A stretch of DNA of 64,000 nt from Armatimonadota bacterium (GTDB lineage Bacteria; Armatimonadota; Fimbriimonadia; Fimbriimonadales; GBS-DC): the NCBI GenBank assembly GCA_037445735.1, contig JBBIJY010000002.1, positions 32,001 to 96,000 on the forward strand. The letters are read 5' to 3'. Positions 18,093 to 27,933 of the stretch are shown here, piece by piece. Both the position numbers and the translations under genes were made by a program. The notes under the pieces were generated by a model. The model made no database searches and had not been told where the DNA came from. It saw only the letters and a program-made list of their open reading frames with translations. Positions within the stretch are counted from its first letter, which is position 1. Every line of letters starts with the position of its first letter.

Positions 18093-19556
18093 ATGGATAT
18101 GGAACACTGGCAAGAAGGTACGGGTAACTTCTGGATCGATAACGGGCTGGTGGTACTGGAGCGCCTCCTGAGCGGTGGCGATCTACCTGCAGAAGATGTA
18201 AATCCCCTGTTGCGGCAGTTAGCGAAGCAAGTTTACAGAGAGACTGGCAAGACAGCGGAATACTGGGATGAGCAGAGCCAGCGGGTTCAAACCTATCAAA
18301 AGCGTAACTGGCAGGAACCTGTGGGGCTGTTTATCAGTGTTGTTGACTCGCCCCCCAAGAAGCGTGTTGGGGATAAGGAACTTTACACGCGCCCTCCCGA
18401 TGCGCTTTCGGCGCTCCGTATCAACCCGAAAGGGAATGCCGAATGCGACCTGTGCGGCGCTCAGGGTCCTGTAGAAAACGCCCGGCAGTATCTCTTCCCG
18501 TTCGTCGTAGACCCTGGCAAGTTCGGGAACTTTTATTCGGCGGCTAAGCGAGGCGTCAAGGTTTGTGCCCGCTGTGCAGTAGCGGGGTTCGCTGCGTTTC
18601 AAAGTGTGTTATGGCGCCGCCATGGCGATACCTATCATCTTTTTGTGTTCCATACCGACCTGCCACGCCTGCGCTCCCTGTACAACAGCTTGATAGCACC
18701 TATGCGCTTAGCAAAGGCGAAGGGAGGCAACTTTGCGGTGCCCTTTTCAGGCGAGTATCCCTACGAGAGCCTCTTTGCCCTGCTGTTGAGCGTTTTCAGA
18801 ACCCTGCATGCACGCGAATCGACGGGGGAAACAGACCCGCTTTTAGCCGAGCTGATGGGGGCAAAGCCTATCGCTGGCAGCCCTATAGTGGTTTACGCTA
18901 TCAGTGGGGAGCGTGGCAAAGGCTTCTCTATGAGGGCACTGGTAGCATTTGATCAGTTTCAGCGATTTTATCGGCTTTACACCCGCTGGATAGCGGTGCC
19001 CTCTGAGGCAAACGGCTCCCACGAAGTAGTGGCGCGGGTGTTCCGCCAGTTTCAGCATCGTCGCCAGAAGAAAACGGAGACCCTGTGGCGTGAGCATGTC
19101 TGTTCTGCCATGCTCAGGCAGACAGACCCTGCGCCCGCTATAGAGGCGTTCCTTTACGATGTGAGCGTGGAGACCAGGCGCGCGCTCAGATACGGCACAC
19201 TGGAAGTGCTACACATCTATCTGCAGGAGGTTCTCAAAATGGACGAGAAGCTGCTCAACATTATCCGCGGCTTCGGCTATGAGCTGGGTAGGATAGCCGC
19301 TGAGAAGTCGGAAATGGGGCTGCTGTATGCCCTGCGCAATGCGAAAAACCTCGACCAGTTCCTGGAGGTGCTGAACCAGACTCAGTTCACCCTGGAGAGG
19401 ACCATCAACCCGGATTTGCTTCGCGTGGAGCCAGGCGAACGGATTGCGGGAGCGCCATGGAACCGTGTGAAGACCTTGCTGGCTATCCACGCGATGAACG
19501 CCTATCTCCGCACGAAGTACCCCACTCAAACGCAACAGGAGGGAAGCGATGAGTAA
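18093..19556 (+). CDS. cas8: Type I-B large subunit Cas8b/Cst1-like (CxxC-CxxC)
   Basis: TGNFWIDNG N-terminus, CDLC..FP..NF..CARC; position between cas6 and cas7. Confidence 0.8.
   Translation: MDMEHWQEGTGNFWIDNGLVVLERLLSGGDLPAEDVNPLLRQLAKQVYRETGKTAEYWDEQSQRVQTYQKRNWQEPVGLFISVVDSPPKKRVGDKELYTRPPDALSALRINPKGNAECDLCGAQGPVENARQYLFPFVVDPGKFGNFYSAAKRGVKVCARCAVAGFAAFQSVLWRRHGDTYHLFVFHTDLPRLRSLYNSLIAPMRLAKAKGGNFAVPFSGEYPYESLFALLLSVFRTLHARESTGETDPLLAELMGAKPIAGSPIVVYAISGERGKGFSMRALVAFDQFQRFYRLYTRWIAVPSEANGSHEVVARVFRQFQHRRQKKTETLWREHVCSAMLRQTDPAPAIEAFLYDVSVETRRALRYGTLEVLHIYLQEVLKMDEKLLNIIRGFGYELGRIAAEKSEMGLLYALRNAKNLDQFLEVLNQTQFTLERTINPDLLRVEPGERIAGAPWNRVKTLLAIHAMNAYLRTKYPTQTQQEGSDE
19239..19556 (+). 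CDS. cas11: Putative internally translated Cas11 small subunit (105 aa) within cas8
   Basis: AGGAGG at 19225-19230, 8 nt before in-frame ATG 19239; helical LLYALRNAKN segment. Confidence 0.65.
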   Translation: MDEKLLNIIRGFGYELGRIAAEKSEMGLLYALRNAKNLDQFLEVLNQTQFTLERTINPDLLRVEPGERIAGAPWNRVKTLLAIHAMNAYLRTKYPTQTQQEGSDE

Positions 19557-20475
19557 AGCGATTACACTCACCTATCTGGTGAAAGCGTCGGCAGCGAATG
19601 TGAACGCCTCCCATACGGAAGGCAATGTGCAGACCATCAAGCGCGTCACCCTGCCAGATGGAACCGTGCTGCCCTACATATCGGGTCAGGCGGTGCGCCG
19701 TATGCTACGCGATCGGCTGGCAGATCTTGGCTGGCAGCTCTCTGAGCCATTTGCACAGGTGAAGGAGCAAGAGGTTACGCCCCCTGCAAAACCCGAGGAG
19801 TATATAGACGAAGACCTGTTCGGCTACATGGATGCCTCTGGGGCAAAACGGCGCACCTCGCCCACGCGCGTCTCAACGCTTATAGGGCTATTCCCCTACT
19901 GGGGAGACCGTGATCTGGGCACACGCTCCTTTGAGCAGTTTGGGCAGACGCCTGCGGAAGGCGGCAACATGTTCGAAACGGAGCTGGCGCACTCAATCTA
20001 TCGGGGCACGATGCTGGTGGAGCTGGATCGGGTGGGCGTGTTTCGCGCTAGCGAGCGCGGTAAGGGGGCGACAGATCTTGAACTACCCCCTGCCGAGCGC
20101 CGCCGCCGTGTACAGGCGTTAGTACAGGCACTCAGGCTGTTGTGGGGTGGTGGACGCACGGCACGAATGCTCACTGACCTCTCGCCATGGTTCATCGCCT
20201 ATGCTCGACTGACCGTCAAAACGCCGCTCTTTCTGGAGGCGGTTCAGGTGGAGTACGAGCGCGGACGCTACCTGCTGAAAATCGAGCCAATTGTTCACGC
20301 CGCCCATCGCCTGCCTGCCGAGTGGCGCCCTGTGGTGCTTTTCGGCTACACACCTGGCTTTTTTGCCAACGAGGACGCTTTAAAAGAGGCGCTCTCAAGC
20401 GTGGGTGCCGTAATGACCATCGCCGACCTGATCCCTGCAATCCTCAAGGACATCGAAGAGGGAATGACCGAATGA
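19549..20475 (+). CDS. cas7: Type I-B Cas7 (Cst2/DevR-like)
   Basis: PYISGQAVRRMLR, DEDLFGYM, RTSP motifs. Confidence 0.9.
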   Translation: MSKAITLTYLVKASAANVNASHTEGNVQTIKRVTLPDGTVLPYISGQAVRRMLRDRLADLGWQLSEPFAQVKEQEVTPPAKPEEYIDEDLFGYMDASGAKRRTSPTRVSTLIGLFPYWGDRDLGTRSFEQFGQTPAEGGNMFETELAHSIYRGTMLVELDRVGVFRASERGKGATDLELPPAERRRRVQALVQALRLLWGGGRTARMLTDLSPWFIAYARLTVKTPLFLEAVQVEYERGRYLLKIEPIVHAAHRLPAEWRPVVLFGYTPGFFANEDALKEALSSVGAVMTIADLIPAILKDIEEGMTE

Positions 20476-21191
20476 GGGTACTGGCTGTTCGGGTGCATGC
20501 GCCTGTGGCGTCGTTCCGACGCCCGCTGGATCACACTTACCAGCGCACGCTGCCTCTACCGCCGCCAACAACGCTGGTCGGACTGGCGGGCGCGGCGTAT
20601 GGCTTCAGTGCGGAACAGCTGTGGGGATCAACCAGCCCGCTCAAAAACCTGCGCGTGCAGGTGCTGGCGGAAAATGCGCCTGCACGCGCCACCGACCTCT
20701 GGACTCTGCTCAAAATCAAATCGGGCAAGATGGAGCGCTCGCCTTACCTGCGCGAGCTGCTCTTTGGCGCGCGGTTCACCCTGCTCTATGTGGGTAGTGA
20801 CCAGCTCCTCGAAACGCTCCATGCAGCGTTTCAACGACCCTTCTATCCCCTCTCGCTGGGACGCGAGGATGAGCTGGTGGAGATCGAGTCGTGCGATCTG
20901 GTCGAATGCTCAACAGCAACACCACCATACAAGTTCTACGGCACGATTTTGCCTGGCGATTTGCGGTTGTTGAATGCGCGTCCTGTCCTTCAGGAAGGCG
21001 CTGTCCTTGAGCCTGCCGTGGTTGAAACGCTACCCACTGCCTTCCAGGTAGATGCCAAAGGGCAACGCCACCCAACAAATCGGCGAACCTTTACTTTTGT
21101 CCCTTTTTCGATGCAGGTGGAACTAATCCAGATGAGCATATCCGTTTACCAGTTTGAGAATAGACAATTTGTGTGGTTGCAGGAAGATTAG
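20472..21191 (+). CDS. cas5: Cas5
   Basis: ASFRRP..TLPLPPPTTLVGLAGAA; LSLGREDE; ATGA overlap with the cas7 stop. Confidence 0.9.
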   Translation: MRVLAVRVHAPVASFRRPLDHTYQRTLPLPPPTTLVGLAGAAYGFSAEQLWGSTSPLKNLRVQVLAENAPARATDLWTLLKIKSGKMERSPYLRELLFGARFTLLYVGSDQLLETLHAAFQRPFYPLSLGREDELVEIESCDLVECSTATPPYKFYGTILPGDLRLLNARPVLQEGAVLEPAVVETLPTAFQVDAKGQRHPTNRRTFTFVPFSMQVELIQMSISVYQFENRQFVWLQED

Positions 21192-21192
21192 C

Positions 21193-23376
21193 ATGAGCCT
21201 CTGGGGGAAACCTGACGAAACACTCGACGAGCATACACAGCGCGTGGTGGAGGTGGGGCGCTGGCTGGCACAGCGTCTGAATCTGCCAGATTCACTGGCA
21301 CAACGAGTGGAGCTGGCATGCATTTTGCACGATGTGGGCAAAGCCACGCGCGCGTTCCAGAAGCGGATGAAAGCCGTGCGCGAGGCTTCAAAACATCAGC
21401 CCAGCGCCTATCCCCACGCGCTGGCTTCATTCCCGTTCGTGCTGGCAATAGAGAGTCGAAGGTTCGGTTCACAAACCCCTAAACTGGCTACCGCTGTGGT
21501 GCTGAGCCACCACTCCCCACTGCACCCACGGCTCTACGAAGGCATCCAGCAGCAACCCGACTTCGATCAAGACGCCCTGCGCGACTGGCTGGCACAATGG
21601 TTCACCGATGAGAATGAGCAAAGTCTGCTTCAGCGCGTTTGCGGATGCAAGCCTGGTGTGTGGCTTTATCAGGATATGCAAAACCCCGATGGGAGCCGTA
21701 CTTTGATGGAACATTTCATGCGGCTTCCCGCAAGAGATTTTGCGCTGGTCAAGGCGCTCCTCTGCCTCGCCGATTGGCTCGCCTCAGCACATAAAGACCC
21801 CGCAATAGTATTCCTGTCCAACGGCTCCCAACAGGTTCAGAACTACTTGCGAAACGAAAAGGGTTTGTCATCAGAATCGCTTTATGCTTTTCAGTGTCAA
21901 GCGCGTGATGCCCAGGGTGAACGGCTTTACTTACAGGCGCCCACTGGCACGGGCAAAACCGAAGCGTTGTTGCTCTGGGCGGGCAATAGCCAGCGAATCG
22001 TCTATCTTCTGCCCACGCAGGCAACCGTGAACGCAATGTGGCGGCGCCTGCAGAAAGTTTACGGAGAAGATAGCGTAGGCATTGCACACAGCCGTGCCCT
22101 GCTGGAACTTGGCACGCATGAGGAGCCACCGCTGGATGTGCGCCTCTTCGCCAGTGTGTTCGCCAAACCCGTAACGGTAGCCACTCTGGATCAGTTTCTC
22201 TTAGCGCACCTGCACGGACGCCACTGGGAGATACGGCGAGCGCTCTGTAGGCACGCAACGATGCTGATGGACGAGATTCACGCCTACGAGCCGTACACGC
22301 TGGGGCTGCTACAGGCGGCTATAGAGAGCGAGCCACCTGCTCGCCTGGCACTTGCCAGTGCCACGCTACCCAGCCCGCTGCGCACGCTTCTGGGCGATGC
22401 CCCTATAATTGAAGCGGAAGACAGGCTCTGGCACCAGCAGCGCCATCATCTTCTCCCTGAAGGGCGCACACCAGACGATGCTCTTGACAACGCTCTCCGA
22501 AATGCTGCTAACGGCGAGCGCGTGCTGTTCGTGGTCAATACCGTGCCGCTGGCACAGGCACTCTATCAGCAAGCCGTTGAGAAAGCCCAGTGTATGGAAT
22601 GTTCACCCCACATTCAGCTGCTTCACGCCCGTTTCATCTATCGCGACCGACGCGAGAAAGAGCAAGCCATCGAAAAGCCCTCACCTGGCACACTATTGAT
22701 AGCAACACAGGTTGTGGAGGTAAGCCTCGACATCTCGTATGACCGCCTCTATACAGAGCTGGCACCGCTGGATGCACTGGTCCAGCGTATGGGGCGTGTG
22801 AATCGGCGCGGTGAACGGGCTCAACCCGCGCCTGTTCACATCTTGCTCCGCTATGATCCGCGCTCAGAGCATCTCTACGGGAAAGATACCCTGCAAGCAA
22901 CGCTCAACCACTTGCAAGCCCTACCTGCTCGACCCACAGCGCGCGAGTTGACACAGGCGACAGATGCTCTCTATCAGTCGCTCTGGAACTGCAGCGACTT
23001 CCAGCGCGAGCTGCAGGCAGGATATCAAACCCTGAAAGAAGTCCAGCATATCTGCGGCTGCTACACTATCGACCTGAGCGATGAGCAGATGCGCCAGAAA
23101 TTCACCACCCGCAAGGGCGATATTCATATTGAGGCGCTTCCCAGAGCCTTCCTGCAGGAAGCCTATCAGCTGCGCGAACAGAAAGCTCTCTGGAAGCTGC
23201 CCAATCTGCTTGTTTCCATTCCCTACTGGTGGTACTACCGATTTCCAAACTACTTCACGCCTGTTTCAGACCTGAACATACTCGTAACGGACTTACCCTA
23301 CGATAGCAAGAAGGGACTGCTGCATCCCCTCCAGGTTGATGGTACAGCCGACCAATCAGAGGAATGGATTATATGA
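21193..23376 (+). CDS. cas3: Cas3 HD nuclease-helicase
   Basis: HD domain (LHDVGK, SHH, ADWLAS), APTGTGKT, DEIH, SAT, QRMGRVNR. Confidence 0.95.
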   Translation: MSLWGKPDETLDEHTQRVVEVGRWLAQRLNLPDSLAQRVELACILHDVGKATRAFQKRMKAVREASKHQPSAYPHALASFPFVLAIESRRFGSQTPKLATAVVLSHHSPLHPRLYEGIQQQPDFDQDALRDWLAQWFTDENEQSLLQRVCGCKPGVWLYQDMQNPDGSRTLMEHFMRLPARDFALVKALLCLADWLASAHKDPAIVFLSNGSQQVQNYLRNEKGLSSESLYAFQCQARDAQGERLYLQAPTGTGKTEALLLWAGNSQRIVYLLPTQATVNAMWRRLQKVYGEDSVGIAHSRALLELGTHEEPPLDVRLFASVFAKPVTVATLDQFLLAHLHGRHWEIRRALCRHATMLMDEIHAYEPYTLGLLQAAIESEPPARLALASATLPSPLRTLLGDAPIIEAEDRLWHQQRHHLLPEGRTPDDALDNALRNAANGERVLFVVNTVPLAQALYQQAVEKAQCMECSPHIQLLHARFIYRDRREKEQAIEKPSPGTLLIATQVVEVSLDISYDRLYTELAPLDALVQRMGRVNRRGERAQPAPVHILLRYDPRSEHLYGKDTLQATLNHLQALPARPTARELTQATDALYQSLWNCSDFQRELQAGYQTLKEVQHICGCYTIDLSDEQMRQKFTTRKGDIHIEALPRAFLQEAYQLREQKALWKLPNLLVSIPYWWYYRFPNYFTPVSDLNILVTDLPYDSKKGLLHPLQVDGTADQSEEWII

Positions 23377-23939
23377 GCCTGGAACTCCTCTCTCTTCCCG
23401 AAGAGACATGGAACGAACTGGCGGTGCGGGGGTATGAGCTGAATGCATGGGTTATCTGCCCCCGAAAGTGCTGGTTCCTGCAGCGCCAGCTGATGATGGA
23501 GCCGCACTCGCCCTATGTGGAGCTGGGACGACTGGTGCACCAGGAAGCCCTGCAGGAACGCCCCAGCCGTGAACCTGCCTTCACCGAAGTGCCCATCGAG
23601 GGTTTCGCTCGCATCGACAAAATCGCAGGCGAGCTGGTGTATGAAATCAAGCGCAGTCCCCGCAAGCAGGAAGCCCACCGCCTGCAACTGCTGTATTACC
23701 TCTACCTCCTGCGCGAACGCGGGCTGAACCTCAAGGGCGTGCTGCTCTACCCCGAACAGAACCGCCGCGAGGTGATAGAGCTGGATGATGAAGCGATACA
23801 AACCCTCCAGAACGCCCTGCAGGCGCTTCAGCAACTGCGCCAGAGTCGGCTCCCGCCGCAAGTGCCGCGCCCGATGAGTATCTGTCGCACCTGCGCCTAT
23901 CAGGAACTCTGCTGGTGTGAGGAGGACGACAACCCATGA
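23373..23939 (+). CDS. cas4: Cas4
   Basis: CPRK, EIK, QLLYYL, CRTCAYQELC Fe-S cysteines. Confidence 0.93.
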   Translation: MSLELLSLPEETWNELAVRGYELNAWVICPRKCWFLQRQLMMEPHSPYVELGRLVHQEALQERPSREPAFTEVPIEGFARIDKIAGELVYEIKRSPRKQEAHRLQLLYYLYLLRERGLNLKGVLLYPEQNRREVIELDDEAIQTLQNALQALQQLRQSRLPPQVPRPMSICRTCAYQELCWCEEDDNP

Positions 23940-24928
23940 AACAAACGCTCTATGTCAACAGCCACGGCACGCTCCAGCGCGACCAGAACACTCTGCTGCT
24001 GGAGATGGAAGACGGCACAAAGCGCTACCTGCCCATCGAAGGTGTCCGCGAGCTGCACATCTTCGGTGAGGTGAACCTCAATAAGCGCGTGCTGGAGTTT
24101 TTAAGCCAGAACCAGGTGATTGTCCACTTCTATAACTATTACGGCTACTATACAGGGAGCTACTACCCGCGCGAGCATTTCAATTCGGGCTATATGCTGC
24201 TCAAACAGGTAGAGCATTACATAGACGAAGCGCGTCGGCTGGACATCGCCCGCCGAATCGTGCAGGGCGCACTCACAAACCTCTCATTTGTGGCACGCTA
24301 CTACCACAACCGCCAGACCGACCTGCGCGAGACGCTGAACAGCCTTCAGAGCCTGCGCGACGCCATCCCTGGCTGTGCCAGCATCGAGTCGCTGATGCAG
24401 GTGGAGGGCAAAGCGCGTGAGACGTACTACGCTCTCTTCGATCAGGTCCTCCAGAATCCCGACTTCGCGTTTGGCAAGCGCACGCGCCGACCGCCGCGCA
24501 ACCGCCTGAACGCGCTCCTCTCCTTCGGCAACAGCCTGCTTTACACCACCGCGCTCTCGGAAATCTATCAGACTCACCTCGACCCCCGAATCGGCTACCT
24601 GCACACCACTAACTTCCGCCGATTCACGCTCAACCTCGATATCGCGGAAGTCTTCAAGCCCCTTTTAGTAGACCGCACGATTCTGACGCTCATCCAGAGG
24701 CGCCAGATTCGCCCCGAACATTTCGCCGAAGAGATGGCGGGCATCTACCTGAACGAGGAGGGGCGAACCATCTTCCTCAAAGCATGGGAAGAGCGCCTGC
24801 AAAGCACCTTCGAGCATCGGCGACTCAAGCGCCATGTGTCCTACCGTATGGCGATTCGCCTGGATCTGTATAAACTGGAGAAGCACCTGATCGGTGAGAA
24901 GCCTTACGAGCCGTTCAAGCCGAGGTGA
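23936..24928 (+). CDS. cas1: Cas1 (type I-B)
   Basis: HFYNYYGYYTGSYYPRE, NALLSFGN, GYLH, LDIAEVFKP. Confidence 0.95.
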   Translation: MKQTLYVNSHGTLQRDQNTLLLEMEDGTKRYLPIEGVRELHIFGEVNLNKRVLEFLSQNQVIVHFYNYYGYYTGSYYPREHFNSGYMLLKQVEHYIDEARRLDIARRIVQGALTNLSFVARYYHNRQTDLRETLNSLQSLRDAIPGCASIESLMQVEGKARETYYALFDQVLQNPDFAFGKRTRRPPRNRLNALLSFGNSLLYTTALSEIYQTHLDPRIGYLHTTNFRRFTLNLDIAEVFKPLLVDRTILTLIQRRQIRPEHFAEEMAGIYLNEEGRTIFLKAWEERLQSTFEHRRLKRHVSYRMAIRLDLYKLEKHLIGEKPYEPFKPR

Positions 24929-24931
24929 ACA

Positions 24932-25195
24932 ATGTATGTAATTATGGTGTACGATGTGAATGTGGCGCGAGTGCAGAAGGTTCTCAAACTCGGGCGCAAA
25001 TACCTCACATGGGTGCAGAACTCCGTGTTCGAAGGCGAGCTGACCGAGGCGCAGCTCGCCCGCCTGCAACGCGCCCTGCAAAAGATTATCAACCCCGAAG
25101 AGGACAGCATCCTGTTCTATCTTCTGCGCACCACCGCCTATCTGGAGCACCAGACAGTGGGCGTCATCAAAAATGAACCGACGCAGTTCCTGTAA
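24932..25195 (+). CDS. cas2: Cas2
   Basis: MYVIMVYDV, WVQNSVFEGEL. Confidence 0.95.
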   Translation: MYVIMVYDVNVARVQKVLKLGRKYLTWVQNSVFEGELTEAQLARLQRALQKIINPEEDSILFYLLRTTAYLEHQTVGVIKNEPTQFL

Positions 25196-25352
25196 GAGGG
25201 CTTTTGGGTTTTTTCCTCCCCAAAGGGGAGAGGGTTTCTGGTTTTTTTCACAGCTGAAGCAAAGGAGGCAGGTCGGCTTGAGTTGCATCGAGTTCAGGCA
25301 CGGGATGCGCCTGCTACTTCGATGAGACCGAATCGGCGCGGTGCCAACCCCC

Positions 25353-25664
25353 TTACGGTGTAGGTGGTACTTCGGCATGGAGCCAGTTGAGGAAGGGTGT
25401 GTTCACCTGAACAGGCGACAGCTCGGCGACGAAGTTGGTGTAGGTGATATGCTCCTGCAGCACGCGCTGGATGGCGTCAAAGTAGCCCTCGCGCGTTTTG
25501 ACAATCAGCGCCACCTCGGGCTCCTGCACAATCCTGCCCTCCCAGCGGTAGGCGCAGGTGATGGGGAACCAGTTGACGCACACTGCCAGCTGCTGTTCCA
25601 GCAGGGCGCGCCCGATTCGCTCCGCCTCTTCGGTTGTGTTCAGTGTGATGTAATAGAGTCGCAT
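25353..25664 (-). CDS. cutA: Divalent-cation tolerance protein CutA
   Basis: LAVCVN, YRWEG, E..LIVKT, HITY; GGAGG RBS before ATG 25664. Confidence 0.85.
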   Translation of the reverse strand: MRLYYITLNTTEEAERIGRALLEQQLAVCVNWFPITCAYRWEGRIVQEPEVALIVKTREGYFDAIQRVLQEHITYTNFVAELSPVQVNTPFLNWLHAEVPPTP

Positions 25665-25734
25665 GCCGCACCTCCTGGAGCGATTGTACCCGTCAGCAGG
25701 GGCGTGGGGTAGAATCGGCACAGGGTGAAAAGCA

Positions 25735-27933
25735 ATGCGACGCCAGACGGTCGTGATGGGCGGCTTTCTGTGGCTGTTAGGGACGCTCTGCTGGGCGCTG
25801 GATGACCCGCTCCAGCAGCCCATTACCTTTGACCAGCCCGCGCAGACCATCCGCCAGCTGCTGCGAACCCTCTCGGAGCAGACGGGCGTGAAACTGTTCG
25901 CTCCCAATCCTATCGGCAGGGAGATTGTACTGGTCTCTGTCAGGCAGATGCCCCTCAAGGAGCTGATGGCGCATCTGGCAACCGTGACAGACGGCGAATG
26001 GGTGCAGCGCCCTGATGGCTGCTACACACTGACGCGCACGCCGCGCGTCGTGCAGCAGCGCCGTCAGCAGGATAACGAGCGCATTCTGGAGGCGCTCAGG
26101 CGCACGCTGCAGAGCAAGGAGGTTCGCGAGCTGATCGCGCCGCTTACCCGACAGCAGGTGCGCCAGCGATTGAACGAGCTGAAAGAGCTGATGCGAACCG
26201 TCGAGTCGGAGAATCCGAGCAATCTATTTGAGACGAACTATCCCAGCAGGTTTTATGAGTTGCAGCGCTCCATGACAGTGGGCTATCGATTGACCTGGCG
26301 GCTGGTTCAACAGCTTGGGCTGAATCGCCTGCTTGAAATCCCTGTGGGTGAGCGGCGCGTGTTCAGCAATGTGAAGGGAGCCTATCTGCTGCCGCTGGGC
26401 TTCTCGCCTCGACCCCTGCTGGAGCAGTACCTGCAGGAGATTCAGATGGTTCATCAGGTGTGGAACAGCCCCACGGAGGGTATCCCAGCCGAGCATGTGC
26501 GCGAGTTCCATCAGCGCTATGGCCTGGTGGACGGCTCCTGGCTGGCTCCCATGTATCCCACCAGTCCCCTCACGCAGGTCTATCTAATTGTGCAGCGATT
26601 GAACCCCGATGCCTTCACCTGCTCCACGGAGGTCACCACCAGCGAGCTGGGTGTTCTGTCAATCCCTCAGCAAACCGATATTGCGCTGTTCGCGCTCAGT
26701 GCAGATGAAGAGGCGGCGGTGCAGGGTGGGAGCGAGCGTGTGGAGTGGAGCGAGCGCTCGCGCCAGTTTCTGGAAACCTTCCGCCAGCTGCAAAGCAGTT
26801 GCGAGCCTGTCGCATTGCCCGCGATTCTGGACCCAGCGCAGACCGAGCCGCTGAGTCTCATCCCGACCGAGGTGGTGCGCGCCTGCGCACACAAGCGCGG
26901 CAAATCGCTTGTCGCCCTGCTGCCTGATACCGTGATGGGAGTAGCAACGCTCGCGCTGAATGGCGAAACTGCCCTCGCCCAGTTTGAGGCTCACCTCAGA
27001 CACGACACGGAGTTCATCGAGACCGAGCATGTGCTGCTGCTCAAGCCGAGGTTCTCTTCCTATCAGTGGGATCAGCGCACTGACCGCGCCGCACTTAGCC
27101 AGCTGCTGCGCCAGATTCTTCAGCGCGGGCACATGCAGCTGAGCGACTACCTCATCCTCAGCCGCATGGTTCGGGATCGCTTCCGCTTCGACTCGCTATA
27201 CGCCTCCTATCTGGAGTTATGCGTGCCGATGGATGAGCTGTGGCGGCTGTGGGACGGCGATTTTCAGTTTATTCAGAGCCTGACGCCCCAGCAGATAGCG
27301 GCTCTGCAGGCGGGGCGCTCCCTCGCCCTGAAAGACCTTGCACCCGCCCAGCGCCAGCAGTTAATCCGGGACCTGTATTCAGGTCAATCCAGAGTTGACT
27401 CGCCGCGTCCGCCCGCTGATACCGACACCATCATTATCGAGGCGGACACAGAAGACGACATGCCCTTTATCGGCTTTGACCTGATTCACATCCTGTATCC
27501 TGACGGACTGCCCGCGCAAACCACCATTCGATTAGCCGACGCCCAGGAGGTGCCGGGCATCTTTGCGCAATGCAGGGCAGGCGTGTGGGGCAGTTTTCTG
27601 TCCCTCCGCAGTATGGCTGCCTGCCCACCTGGTAAAGAGCTGGAGACGGTACAGATTCGGACCAACAATGCGCCGCTGGCATGTATGCCGGGCTGGCACA
27701 GACCCTTTATTGTGGAGGTCAAAATCGGCAAAAACCACGCGGTCTACCTGCCCGTGAACGACCTGATGGGCGACCTGCGCTTTGGAGACGACCGCCTGAT
27801 TAAGGAGGCTAAACCCATCCGCTCGGTTGACGACCTGCCCGAAGCGTTCAGGAAGAAACTCGCTGAGTACCGCAAGGAGCAGCAAGAGATGGAAGAGCTG
27901 TTCAAGCGGTATGTTCCTGATCCGAAACCCTGA
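25735..27933 (+). CDS. Large secreted hypothetical protein, possible secretin/STN-like N-terminal domain
   Basis: Signal peptide; LLRTLSEQTGVKL..VSVRQMPLKELM pattern; remainder unrecognised. Confidence 0.65.
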   Translation: MRRQTVVMGGFLWLLGTLCWALDDPLQQPITFDQPAQTIRQLLRTLSEQTGVKLFAPNPIGREIVLVSVRQMPLKELMAHLATVTDGEWVQRPDGCYTLTRTPRVVQQRRQQDNERILEALRRTLQSKEVRELIAPLTRQQVRQRLNELKELMRTVESENPSNLFETNYPSRFYELQRSMTVGYRLTWRLVQQLGLNRLLEIPVGERRVFSNVKGAYLLPLGFSPRPLLEQYLQEIQMVHQVWNSPTEGIPAEHVREFHQRYGLVDGSWLAPMYPTSPLTQVYLIVQRLNPDAFTCSTEVTTSELGVLSIPQQTDIALFALSADEEAAVQGGSERVEWSERSRQFLETFRQLQSSCEPVALPAILDPAQTEPLSLIPTEVVRACAHKRGKSLVALLPDTVMGVATLALNGETALAQFEAHLRHDTEFIETEHVLLLKPRFSSYQWDQRTDRAALSQLLRQILQRGHMQLSDYLILSRMVRDRFRFDSLYASYLELCVPMDELWRLWDGDFQFIQSLTPQQIAALQAGRSLALKDLAPAQRQQLIRDLYSGQSRVDSPRPPADTDTIIIEADTEDDMPFIGFDLIHILYPDGLPAQTTIRLADAQEVPGIFAQCRAGVWGSFLSLRSMAACPPGKELETVQIRTNNAPLACMPGWHRPFIVEVKIGKNHAVYLPVNDLMGDLRFGDDRLIKEAKPIRSVDDLPEAFRKKLAEYRKEQQEMEELFKRYVPDPKP

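Noticed and set aside
18067-18093. creTA-like RNA toxin-antitoxin between cas6 and cas8
   Set aside because: The gap is only 25 bp and contains no repeat-like sequence.
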